NCBI GenBank assembly: GCA_964057225.1
Contig: OZ059895.1
Span: 14,446,001 to 14,510,000 of the forward strand
Source of the DNA: Auanema rhodensis
Taxonomy: Eukaryota > Animalia > Nematoda
Reading direction: 5' to 3'
Length of the DNA stretch: 64,000 bases
Within the stretch, counting starts at the first letter, position 1; the number at the start of each line of letters is the position of its first letter. Below the pieces are notes generated by a model, which saw only the letters and a program-made list of their open reading frames with translations, had not been told where the DNA came from and did not search any database. Positions 52,927 to 64,000 of the stretch are shown one piece after another. Made by a program: the position numbers and the translations under genes.

Positions 52927-54059
52927 CTTGCTTAGTTGTTGGGATAACTGGAAGAAAACACAAGTTAAAAAATGGGACTTGAGAAAAAAACAAACATGAT
53001 CAAAAATATTTTGATAACTCGACGAAAATAAAAAAAAAACAATGAAAGTTCAACAAACGGAAAAATAGAAATAACTAAGGTGAAACTGGATAAGAATTAA
53101 AATGGTAACATGAAATAAAAAAGAATAAAAGAATAAAAGAAAAAATATTGATAATGATATTCGAAGATAGGTTGTATTTTTATATTAGATTGACACTTCA
53201 AAGCTTCAAATCTCTCCAAATAGTGCCGTTGGGTAAAGATTACGCAATTGGTGAAAAAAAATGGTAAACGAAAGAAACAAAATCACATGACCGACAGATA
53301 ACTTCAATTATCAGTAAGGACATAAAGGACATAAAATTCCAGATTTGGAATGCAATGAAGAGATGGAAAGCACGAAGCTTGCGCTTTGCTCAGTTCAGGA
53401 TTGTTGTTGGCAGGGCAGTAGTGTATGTATGTGTGTCTGTTCGTCGGTTCCCGTCGAGGCTAAGGGCCTAGCAAGAGAGAGAGAGAGACAACGGCGGAAA
53501 GAGCAAACACGTGAGAGATGGAGACAGTGAGACAAAATGAAATAGAGTGTAAAGATAGGAGATAGTTAAAGAGACGAGAGAATAGCCCGCAAACGGCTGC
53601 CGCCTGCGAGAGGAAAACGCTGAGGAAGCTCTCGTCTACTCGTCATATCGTTTCTTCACCAACACTAGAGTTGGCAAACAGCCCGCAAAAATGCGGGTCG
53701 GGCAACCCGTAGCGGTTTTTACAGATTTTCCAGCCGTAATAAAGATAAATCGTCGGTTTTTAACCAATTTTACGGAAAGTAACGAAATAAATGCAAGAAA
53801 ATACTTTATTTTATTTAAATATGTTTATTTCTTCTTCATAAATAAACTAGCAGTTATCTTATATATGAGAATCAGTGTAATACGGAATACATACTGATTT
53901 GGTATCACTTCGCCGTATTCATTGCTGCAAATACTAATTTAATATTAATTGGTATTCCTACACTTCAGATACACCTCACATACTATCTATTTCATATATT
54001 AATGTAATAATATAGTATACTATATAAAGAGAATATATATATATATTGTTTTCCCATAC

Positions 54060-54990
54060 TACATTCACCTTTCACCTTTGCTTCGTTTTCCTCCGAACTT
54101 TTCAATTTTTTCGGCGCTCAGTGGGCAAATAGTGATTTCACTCTTTCAAAGAGTACCAATCAGTGTAGGGTTTGAACCATACTGTGAATCCTGAAGAATA
54201 TCTTATTTACAGGAACGAACTCAAATACATTACTATGAGTAGTTCCAATTTCCCTTCAAATCGTCGAACACTTAGTAAACTTATATAAGAATCCGACGAC
54301 AAATTACTAACTGCTTCTTAAAAGAATCCGAATGCAATATAGGTTCTAAACCTTGACGACTAACTTCAAACTTCGCTTTGAATTGTTAATCATTCATCAT
54401 TACGCTACATATAAATAGGTGTTTATTATACTAAATCGTAGCCTACCCCATGGTTTTACCCATTAATACATCTTCAACGTTTTGGTTTCGACAATCATCT
54501 CGTTTGAGAGAACCACGACTGCCATTTTTTGCAATTTGTTGAAGAATATTTTCTCTTTTAAAACGTTATTTTAAAACTTGAGCTTTTAAATGTGCTGATA
54601 TTACTTCATAATCTCTTCTTATCTGAAAAATTTTTAATGCTAAGCTACATGTTTTAAAAGTAATATTTCTATAGTACCTGATCTATTTTGGAATTAAGAT
54701 ATAGAAACTTTGTTAAGAATGCTTCTTCATATGACCTAAATCTAATAGGAAGAATCTTGTAAATAAATGGTACTTTGAAATCAAGCAGGGTCTGCTCATT
54801 CTAAAAAAATATTTTATAATAATTTTAAATTGAAAGAGATATAAAAGAAAAAATTAGGAAATACTTAATTATGAAGGAAAAATACAATTCCGGTTTTGAT
54901 TGTTATAAATGTATTTCTGGAAGCATATTATGCGGGAAAGAGCATTGAATATTGAACACCTTTTAGAATTCTATGAACCAGAGTACTAGA
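54060..54990 (-). pseudogene. Decayed multi-exon gene of unknown family
   Basis: Exon-like blocks with good splice sites (NEQTLLDFKVPFIYKILPIRFRSYEEAFLTKFLYLNSKIDQ|IRRDYEVISAHLKAQVLK*RFKRENILQQ...) but in-frame stops in several blocks. Confidence 0.35.
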
Positions 54991-55971
54991 TAGACAGCTT
55001 ACAACAAAAATTGGGATGGTTGATTAATTGGAAACTATGAAAACCGCAACCACTTCATCTTCTATTAAGGAGATTGCTTTAACGGATTGATTTGTCCCAT
55101 TATTTGAAAAAAAACTTTCGTTTTCCTATATTGCTACTACCACTACTACTACAAATACATGTGTAACAACGAAATTGTGATTGTTTTTATAATTTTATGT
55201 GAAATTCATAATTATTATTTAAACTTTATGAACAGTTAGAACTTGAATGTCAGATACAGCATATTGTATATTGACAATAAGAGAGACAATACAGAAAGGT
55301 GTATTATGAAATAGACGCATAACAACCCATATATGTACAACAATTTCTTCATAGACTCAAGAATCAAAAAGCTGAATGAGAAAGAGAGAAAGATCAGGAA
55401 GACTATTTTTGATGGATCCTACCAGCTTGAACAAAGCTTGTCGTCATCCATATATTTCCAATGCATGTTGCCCAAAACTGCTGGTAAGTATTGAGGAGAC
55501 ATATGAATGAACAATACATTTCAATGGATAAAGCATGATCAAATGACAAGAAAATACGTATCAAAGGTGTTTTCAACTATTTCTTATAGTTGGAACTAGC
55601 CACTTTTGAATGTTGTAAGAAGACGATAAATGAAATTATGTAGAATACAACGAGTATGTGAACGAGACATTCAAGAGAAGGAAATTGAAGTTATTAATGA
55701 GAAAAAATACATATTGACTACTATAAACTATAATAACACGAAATTTGCATAAAATTTCATCAAAAATCACAAAATATACAAAAAATGTGAGAAAAGCAAC
55801 AGGAGAACTACGTACGCGGGAAAAATTATTCTTCGACGACTATTTACGTACAAATAAAAATTCAATCTGTTTTATAGTTGGTTATTCTTCTAGCTCTCTC
55901 AGCCACTGAATTTCGGAAGGATAAAACAGGATAAAATTAAAGGAATCCTTTAATCATTCTTCTTTCACTAA

Positions 55972-56380
55972 TCAAATCTCTATAGGAGCTGCCTTTCTTG
56001 GATGGAGTGGCGCTTGACTGAAATAAAACAAGTTCAGCTACGGTTCAAAAACTTTTTCAGATGTTTTCAAATCTGACCAGGTTAAAATAAGAGCTTACCC
56101 TTCATTCTGATACCTTCTGCAACCAACAAAGCAAGCAATTAAAACCAATCCTATCACAAGAAGGATAATTATTATTAGAAGAGTAACAGTTATTCGATAG
56201 ATGCTATCAACAGAAGCTTGTATACGCCTCGTTGTATCATAGTTATCATAGATTATTCCTAGAAATAAGTACATTTTAAGTATTCGATAAAGTATTAAAG
56301 TTAAAGTTACCTAATAACCCATTTAAAATAGCTTTTTGTTCCTCTCTTAAGGAAGCACTGTACGGATCGATCCGTGCCAT
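55972..56380 (-). CDS. 91-aa single-pass membrane microprotein (3 exons)
   Basis: MARIDPYSASLREEQKAILNGLLGIIYDNYDTTRRIQASVDSIYRITVTLLIIIILLVIGLVLIACFVGCRRYQNEGQAPLHPRKAAPIEI*. Canonical GTAACT/TTTCTAG and GTAAGC/TTTCAG introns keep the frame open. Confidence 0.72.
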
Positions 56381-57606
56381 ATTATAAACAGATTGAACAC
56401 ATTATTTGATTTCTTAACTAAAAACAAAGAATAATACAAAGATCAATATGTATAAGTTGAAACATTCTATATATGAAAAGGCGAGAAAAAAAAGAAAGAA
56501 AGCAAGATATTATCTGAAAAAAAGCAAATTAATATGAATGCAACCACTAAGTATTCACATGAGACCAGAAATGATCAGATTCACGTAAATTTACGTGAGA
56601 AACGATTGAGTAAAGATCTTCAATAAATAAATAATTATATTCGAATTTAACTACATGTCAATCATAGCCAGAAGCGTTGCATTTGAGCCAAAAAATTGTT
56701 AAAATAATTTTTTTTTCGAATAATTTAATTTTTGTTTAGAAAATAATAATAAAAATATCAAAAAACAGATTGTTGCAACATGATTGTGTGGCAACTAAGG
56801 AGGTAGCTAGCGAAGCGAAGAGAAATCGGTGGCCGTCAACGGAAATTCGGATATGAATCTAGAAAGCTTTTAAAGACAATATTGCATATAAAAAATATTC
56901 TGTTGGAAATAAATGTTTGAAGTTATTAATTTTTAAACCAAAAGTCAAAAAAAAACTGATAAAAAATGAAAATTAAAGAAAAAATATTATATTTTCTATT
57001 TGATCTAAAAAGAAAATTTAAATTTTCAATTTCGATGAAAATAAACACAAATTTTGAAAAATTAATTAAATAAATGTTTTTTTGTGTAAGTATCTTGTTG
57101 AATAGCCATTATTGATAATGAAAATTGTTTAAGAAAAATAAGAATGGACGACCATCACTTCCAAGCATAAAGCTGCTCTCTGAGCTCAATCTGAGTTTTC
57201 TCACCTCCTGGCTTCTTCTGTTTCCCTTTCTCTCACTCTTCCTTCTCATTTCCATCTTTTATTCTTCTTATTCCATGTTTTCACTCTTCATCTCTTACAT
57301 CCACACCTTTATATGCCTGAAATCCTATGTATTTCCTTCTCTCCCCTACCCCCTCATCATTTCTTCCAAAAGTTCTGCCCGTTTTGGACACGATATGGGC
57401 GGTCTGCAGTTTCCGATATATAGCTGAGATACAACTATTTTCGAGTTTGCTTCAAACATCCTTACCTTGAAGATAGATTATTATGCAAATTTGAAAAAGA
57501 AAAGTGTTAGAAATACGTGGAAAACGTATTTAAACTTGAACTTAGAGCAGTAAGAGAGTGAAAAGAGCTAAACGGATAGGAGAATGAAAGAGGCAGAAAG
57601 AGAATA

Positions 57607-57680
<74 letters not shown>

Positions 57681-60600
57681 GGGGGGGGGGGCAATCCAAT
57701 GGATAAATATCCATACATTATACGTCTATATGAGAGAATATGATCTATGCATGTAGGTGTGACTTCCAAGTAAGGAAACTTTCTAACCTTTAATATCTGA
57801 AACCTGAAAGTTCTCAAGCATTTCAACTATTAGCCAATATAATTTTAAAGTAACATCAAATAAAAGTGTTGCATGAGAATGAGATTTGAGTTAATGAATA
57901 ACGAGAGGACCTTTGGCAACTTTTTTGAATGAAAACCGACGGATTGATGAACAGAATAAGAATAGAAAGAGTCAAGATGTCACATTTGTCTACAATTAGT
58001 TTAGTTTGAAGAAGAAAAGAAAAAAAAGGTTGCCGTTCTTAGAGGCATAGATAATATGATTTAGACGAAAAAAAATAAGCTTTTTTTTCAATTTTATTCA
58101 AACATACACATGTACATGTATAGATAGTCTATTTTTTAGTAAAAAAAGCTATATATGTAACTTCTAATGAATCCATTGATATCTTTTATAATCGTTTTCC
58201 TAATTCATTAGTTATTTTTCATAAATCTTCTGCAGTACGGCAACACATATTTTATTTTGTCTTCTTCACAACAAAAATAAAATAAAAATATATAGTTTAA
58301 AGAACATTCAATAAGTATACTATATTATATGTAAGACGAAAAAAAAATGCGAAAAATAAATATTTTTTATTCGAAGGAAATGAACGAGAATAAATGAGTG
58401 AGATGGAGATGATGATTCCTAATATAGCTAATCCTGCATGATATAACATCAATCTATTCTATATCTCTTTCATATATCTTAACCTATCCAATAACTTTTG
58501 TTAAATCCTCTCTCTCTCTCTGGCTTAAGATGATTAGAATAATGTTTTTTTTTTAAAAATGACAGTCATAAGGGTCAGAAAAAGAAAATATCACAACCGC
58601 ATGTTGACACGTTGATATTCACGTAAAATGAAATACGCAATAGATTTAACGTGTAATTTCATTTACTCTAATTAAGATGTAGGATTGCATACAATACATA
58701 TTTAATGATAAATCTTTTTTTTTATATAATATAATATTTAATTTATATATTTAAATGTATAAAATTATATGAGAACTATTGCGTGAGCTGAATATATGTT
58801 TCGTAGACGACTGACAACCTCGCAGATGGACAGGAAAAAGAAGTTGCAAAATTCGGTTTCTATCGACGGCGTCGAGTAATCAGTAGCATCGTCTCACCCT
58901 ATCCTCCACCCCCCTTTTCGTAACAATCTTCTCACTCTATTCGTTTACTATGCCCCCACCCATCTCATACTCCATCCTCCTTTCTTTCTTACTTTGAACT
59001 TCTCCTTCGCCCTGTCTCTCAATCTCATATCTCTCATTCTCACTGTCTCTCTGTCTTCCTTGATATCCGTCATGCTCATTTCGACAACTTGCTCTTACAA
59101 GCTAGCTAAACGGCACGAAAAGAAAATGGAATGGAAGAAGCAATTTTGGTAACAAGCCAGATATCTCAAATGATCTTCCTTTTCAAATATCCTTTTTGAC
59201 AATGACTTGACATGTTCATATAATGTATTTCAGATTGCATATAAAGTGTAAATGAATAGATTTCGAATAAACAACATAAAATAAACAAATAAACAATATC
59301 ACATACGATTAAGTATTCTTCGTATGTTAGATGTGACGAAAAAGCTTGCAGTCTTACTTAACTTGACAAGACTTTCAATACAAATCAGGGCTGGGACAAA
59401 TTGAAGACTACGGGAATAAGAAGGGAACGTTTAGGAAGAATGCAGGATAAACTATATTTACTCGTATTTCTTTTTGTTAGCTATACATGAATATGTTATA
59501 GTTAAGTTGAGACGAATAAGATAGATGAAAGGTATTAGGTGAGTGAGATTGAGTAATATCTCTAAAATCTTATAAGTAGCCTGAAATGGACATACTCTGA
59601 AATCTATCTTATATATCTCATATATTCATTATACGTATAGATAAAGGAAAAAGAAATTTTAAGTGAAGCTATATATATATATATATATATGAATAATTAG
59701 TATAACTATATACATATAGTAAAAGCATAACATGTATTATAATAATTGTATATATTTGATCCTTCTTTCTTTTCTTCCTGCTCTCATAATAGCCTTTCCG
59801 TTTAGGAATATAGTATGTTAAATGTCAGAGATCAAATAGACACAATAAGATACTAACTATATGATATATGTAACTAATCCACAGATAATTTTCATATATT
59901 TTTTTCTTCAAAAAAAAATGAAATGAAAGGTAATAGCTAACTAAAATTTTTTGAAAATATTTATGCAAAATTTGAGCATTTAACATTGATATGATTACTA
60001 GTCATTTAATCTCAGCTAAAAAATTATATGATATTTATTCAAAAACGTTATATCATATAATATAATTTTTAAAAATTTCTTATTGTAATGCTATAAATAG
60101 ATAAATTATAAATATTATATTTAATATAATTATTGACAGTATTATTGTATATTGTGTCGAAATAAAGTTCACTATATCTTAACTATATGATATAATTATG
60201 AGTCAAATATATACATATATAGATATATACTATATGAATTAATGTACATACTTACTATATACTAATCTATGTTGCTATTATAATATATTTTAACATCTAA
60301 TTAGCATATTATAACATAGAATTAGCATAAAAATATTTCAAACACAAATCAATATAATTTTACGTGATATACGTGAAGATAAAAGCCTAAAAATTAAATA
60401 AAATAAATTCAATTTTTAAAAATATTTAATTATTATTCTTCAAAAAAATAAAATAAATTATATGTATATGATATATAAATATTAATAAAAACTAAAAATG
60501 TTTTCGTTTTATTCTTATTCGTGTAAGTAATCTGATATTGTATCTCATCTCATCATTAGCTTAGAGGTTTAAAACAGAAAAAAATGTCAGAAATCAGGTT

Positions 60601-61864
60601 AAAAATCAAAAATTTGTCGTAATAAAGATATAAATTTACAAGAAAACATCAATCATTTTAACATGTTAATCATATTTAAATGATTGACATAGACATATTT
60701 ATTGATTGATATGATGTAATATGATAACTATATGTATATATAGTTTAATATAAATAAATTATATGATATGAGTTTTAAAAATAAAAATATATTAATAGTA
60801 ATATAAAGATAATTATAAATGAATGTAGTTTATAAATATATATATTTAATATAATCAATATTCATTTATTATTATTTTAATTATCGTTGTTAATGATAAT
60901 GAAACATTTTAAAGAATTTGGCAGAAAAAAAAAGGAAAAACATGAAAAGCGTGACGAAATAATTCAAAAGCTATACATGGACAGATGTGCTGCTGCTTAA
61001 TGCTACTGCTCCAACTACTGGCTAGTTCTAACATAAAATTAGAGAGAAGTAGCTTTGTGAATTGTGATGCGATGATCACTGTCATCATTCATCATTTTGT
61101 TTCGCTCTTTCTTCTTTTTTTTTGGTTTTTTAATTGTTTTATTTAATGAAATAGAATATTGTAAATATATCATATCATATAATATAATTCATAAATATGA
61201 ATAAATTATATGAAATGTGGAAAAAAACAATTCGTAGAATAAGCAGTTCAAACGTCTAATCGAATGAAAATGAAGTTGGGTTGTAAGCTGGCTGTTAAGC
61301 AATATGGCTATTTGAATGCTCAAATTTGAACAAATTAAATGAATAAAAGAGATTTAGTTGATGAAATATTCTCTTATTTGAATGTTGTTCTACATTTGAA
61401 TGTTGTTGGAAGTTTGTGTGTGAATACTGGTGACCAGAAGGCACAAATGCCTAAGCTTAATATTATATACAGCGTGATGTTCGAAAGCTTAAAGCATAAA
61501 CAACAAACAACTCTCAAATCTGAGAATCTGTGTATAGCTCTAGTCTTGTTACCAAATGTAAATCGAACGGATAAGGCAAATCAAGATGGCTAAAAGTGAA
61601 TGAGCAAGCAACGTAGAGACGAAGAATGAATACACGGAGATGTAACATACTGAGTAAAACAGAAGAAAAGCTTGTTATTGAGAAATATAGATGACTAAAT
61701 GGTCAGATTGATGTCAAACATATTGCTTTGAAACTTGATTAGTATGCTGGACGAGCATTAACAAATATTTAATTCATTGTATCAAAACGGAGAGAAAACC
61801 TGAGAAAGTATGAAATCTACCCTAAAAAGAAAGAAAGAATGAGAGATCGAAAAATGAGAGAATG

Positions 61865-61917
<53 letters not shown>

Positions 61918-62388
61918 GAGAGATAGAGAGATACATATATAGATAGATAGATACTTAGATAGCACGAGCAAGAGTATTGGAAACGATGTAGAAAGAAGGG
62001 AGAGGAAAAGTAAATTGGTATAAGAGAGAGAGAGAGATATGAAGGTATAAGCAGGTGAAATCAAAACTATTTTTTGATTTAAGGAAGACAATTAAATATA
62101 CGTATATTCACATAGTTAAATAAACTTTTATGTAACTTTTCTAGTTATCTTGAATTTTTTTTTAAATGTTTGCAAAAAAGAAAATTTCATGAAACGAAGT
62201 TGCAGTTAGGTGTTCATATGGTGTTTTTCTGGAAAATGAGGAAGGTATTGGTAGATTAGATGAGACGACAAAGCTCTTCTTCGTCTTCCGAGTTTTCAGA
62301 GTTGTTTCTTCTGACAGGAAGTAGAAGTGGTTTGTTGAATCTTTGAGTTCGTTATGGAAAGAAGAGATATGGAGCATGAGAAAGATAT

Positions 62389-62390
<2 letters not shown>

Positions 62391-62446
<56 letters not shown>
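62391..62446 (+). repeat. (AG)n microsatellite, representative of tracts at 57.6, 61.9 and 62.4 kb
   Basis: About 28 perfect AG units. Confidence 0.95.
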
Positions 62447-62453
<7 letters not shown>

Positions 62454-64000
62454 CATAACGGATCAGATTATATTCAAATATGAAAAGTTATGCCAGGAAA
62501 GAGGAAGACACGCAAGAGGAAGACAACCTACTTCATCTTTCAAAATTTGCTTATAACGAGTTGATTTAAAGGAAAAAAATGATAAAAGTATGGAAAAGCT
62601 TAGGATAACAAATGAAGTTTGTTCTCTAAATGAAAAACGAAATAAGCTGGATGATGTTGATAAGCTTGTGGTAACAGCGTTATGCTTCAAACCTAAGCAA
62701 TTCTTTCTTGTAGTTCCTTAAGTTGAATATTCAAGAATATTCTCCGTTTGTCGTCGAAGGAATTGCTTTTGAACAAATTTCTCTTTAACAAAAGCCAAAA
62801 AAGGAAATGGATAGAGCGGCAGGATGAAGAAGTGACCAGCAGGTGAAGGTTCGTACTTTGTTTACGAGCGTGCCGCTGAGCATAAGCTTCGAAAAAACGG
62901 CGACGAGGGCAGCAAAGGAACGAAGAATGTCCCTCAGGGCGTGAACGAGAACTTCATCCACGGGAGCAGACGAAGACGGAAAGCAAAGAATTGAGAAAGG
63001 AATGATGTGAAAAGATGAGCTGGACGAAGGAATAGCCTTGCCGAGTAACAAAACCGAAAGACATCCAAACACACATACACACACACGCATACAGACACAG
63101 ATACGAAAGACGAGGACGACACGGAAAACGAGGAAAAAAGACAAATTTGTTGTTTCTTCTGATGCTCATCCAAACAGATTACATGTTGTCATAAAGATGA
63201 AGCTAAGAGAATTCAAAGACAAAATAGCCGCATCAACCATGTTTTAACATTGAAAAAGCAAACGTTCCTCAACATCTTTATTATTTTTTTTTCTGGGAAA
63301 CGAAAAGAGAGATGAAGCAGAATAGTAGATAGAATAGGAGTGACCAGTGAATGTTCAGTGAAAAGAAGGGATAAGCTTCATAGAAGAGAATATGATGTCG
63401 AAATTAAAACTTTAGCCTCATTCAGAATTCATAATCAATTAATCTACTGGAGGGATCTTTTCTCAGCAACTTTTTTTTTATTTTCTCTTCTTATATGTGT
63501 ACAAAGGGAATTAATCAAATATAGTCAATAATAATACAATTTGTTTCTTTATTTATACAACAAAAAAGAATAAAATTCAATCAAAGTCAGTAAAAGAGAG
63601 AGTGAGAGATGATGAGAGAGAGAGAGAAATGAGAAGAGGTGAGAGATGGAACTATAGGTATAATCTTTGAAGCTTTCCATCCAAATAGTTATCTTACAAA
63701 TTAAAAAAAGACATTAAGTAAGTTGAAGAAGCTTCTATTCCCGCATTAGATCAATTCTTCTTCTTATTGGGGGGGTTGGCTATCAACTGCTGTTGAGGTT
63801 CGGCATTGCTCTTTTCAGATTTTCATTCTTCAAATGTATGTAACTCACATATAATTTTCAAAATAATAATCAATACTAATAAATCAAATAATATAAATAT
63901 ATTTAAAACCTTTAATAGAAATACTATTTGATATAAAAGAGCATTCTGAATTGAGAAGTCATTGCGAAAGAGACACTGGTCAGCTATTCCTAACGAATTC

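Noticed and set aside
62785-63247. Overlapping 70-119 aa ORFs
   Set aside because: Largely low-complexity (CA/GT, GA-rich) with no consistent splice sites. Kept only as a non-coding island.

Overview
Eukaryotic, AT-rich nematode genomic DNA (rhabditid/clade V-like: short introns, TTTCAG/TTTTAG acceptors, exact SL1 leader). Gene models were spliced by eye and no database searches were run. From 1 to 20 kb the window is gene-dense and housekeeping-like: the 3' end of an AKAP10/rgs-5-like gene, a minimal matrix metalloproteinase, mrpl-40, a C2H2/MULE-transposase-derived gene, spt-4 with an H/ACA snoRNA in its 5'-UTR intron, pat-4/ILK, and a probable FAM136A-lnkn-1-asna-1 operon. From 21 to 48 kb it is sparse and microsatellite-rich: an Srh-like chemoreceptor with an intronic MITE relic, three tandem SL1 RNA genes with no 5S rDNA, a CCDC92-like gene, and a secreted protein with about 12 EF-hands and a mucin/proteoglycan-like tail. 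From 48 to 56.5 kb lie an eIF4B-like gene with a His/Gln repeat and a lin-4-complementary site downstream, a decayed gene, and a 91-aa single-pass membrane protein. The last 7.5 kb are non-coding. The best candidates for a closer look are the domesticated MULE transposase, the 5S-free SL1 cluster, the intronic snoRNA, the EF-hand proteoglycan with its CRE cluster, and the lin-4 site.
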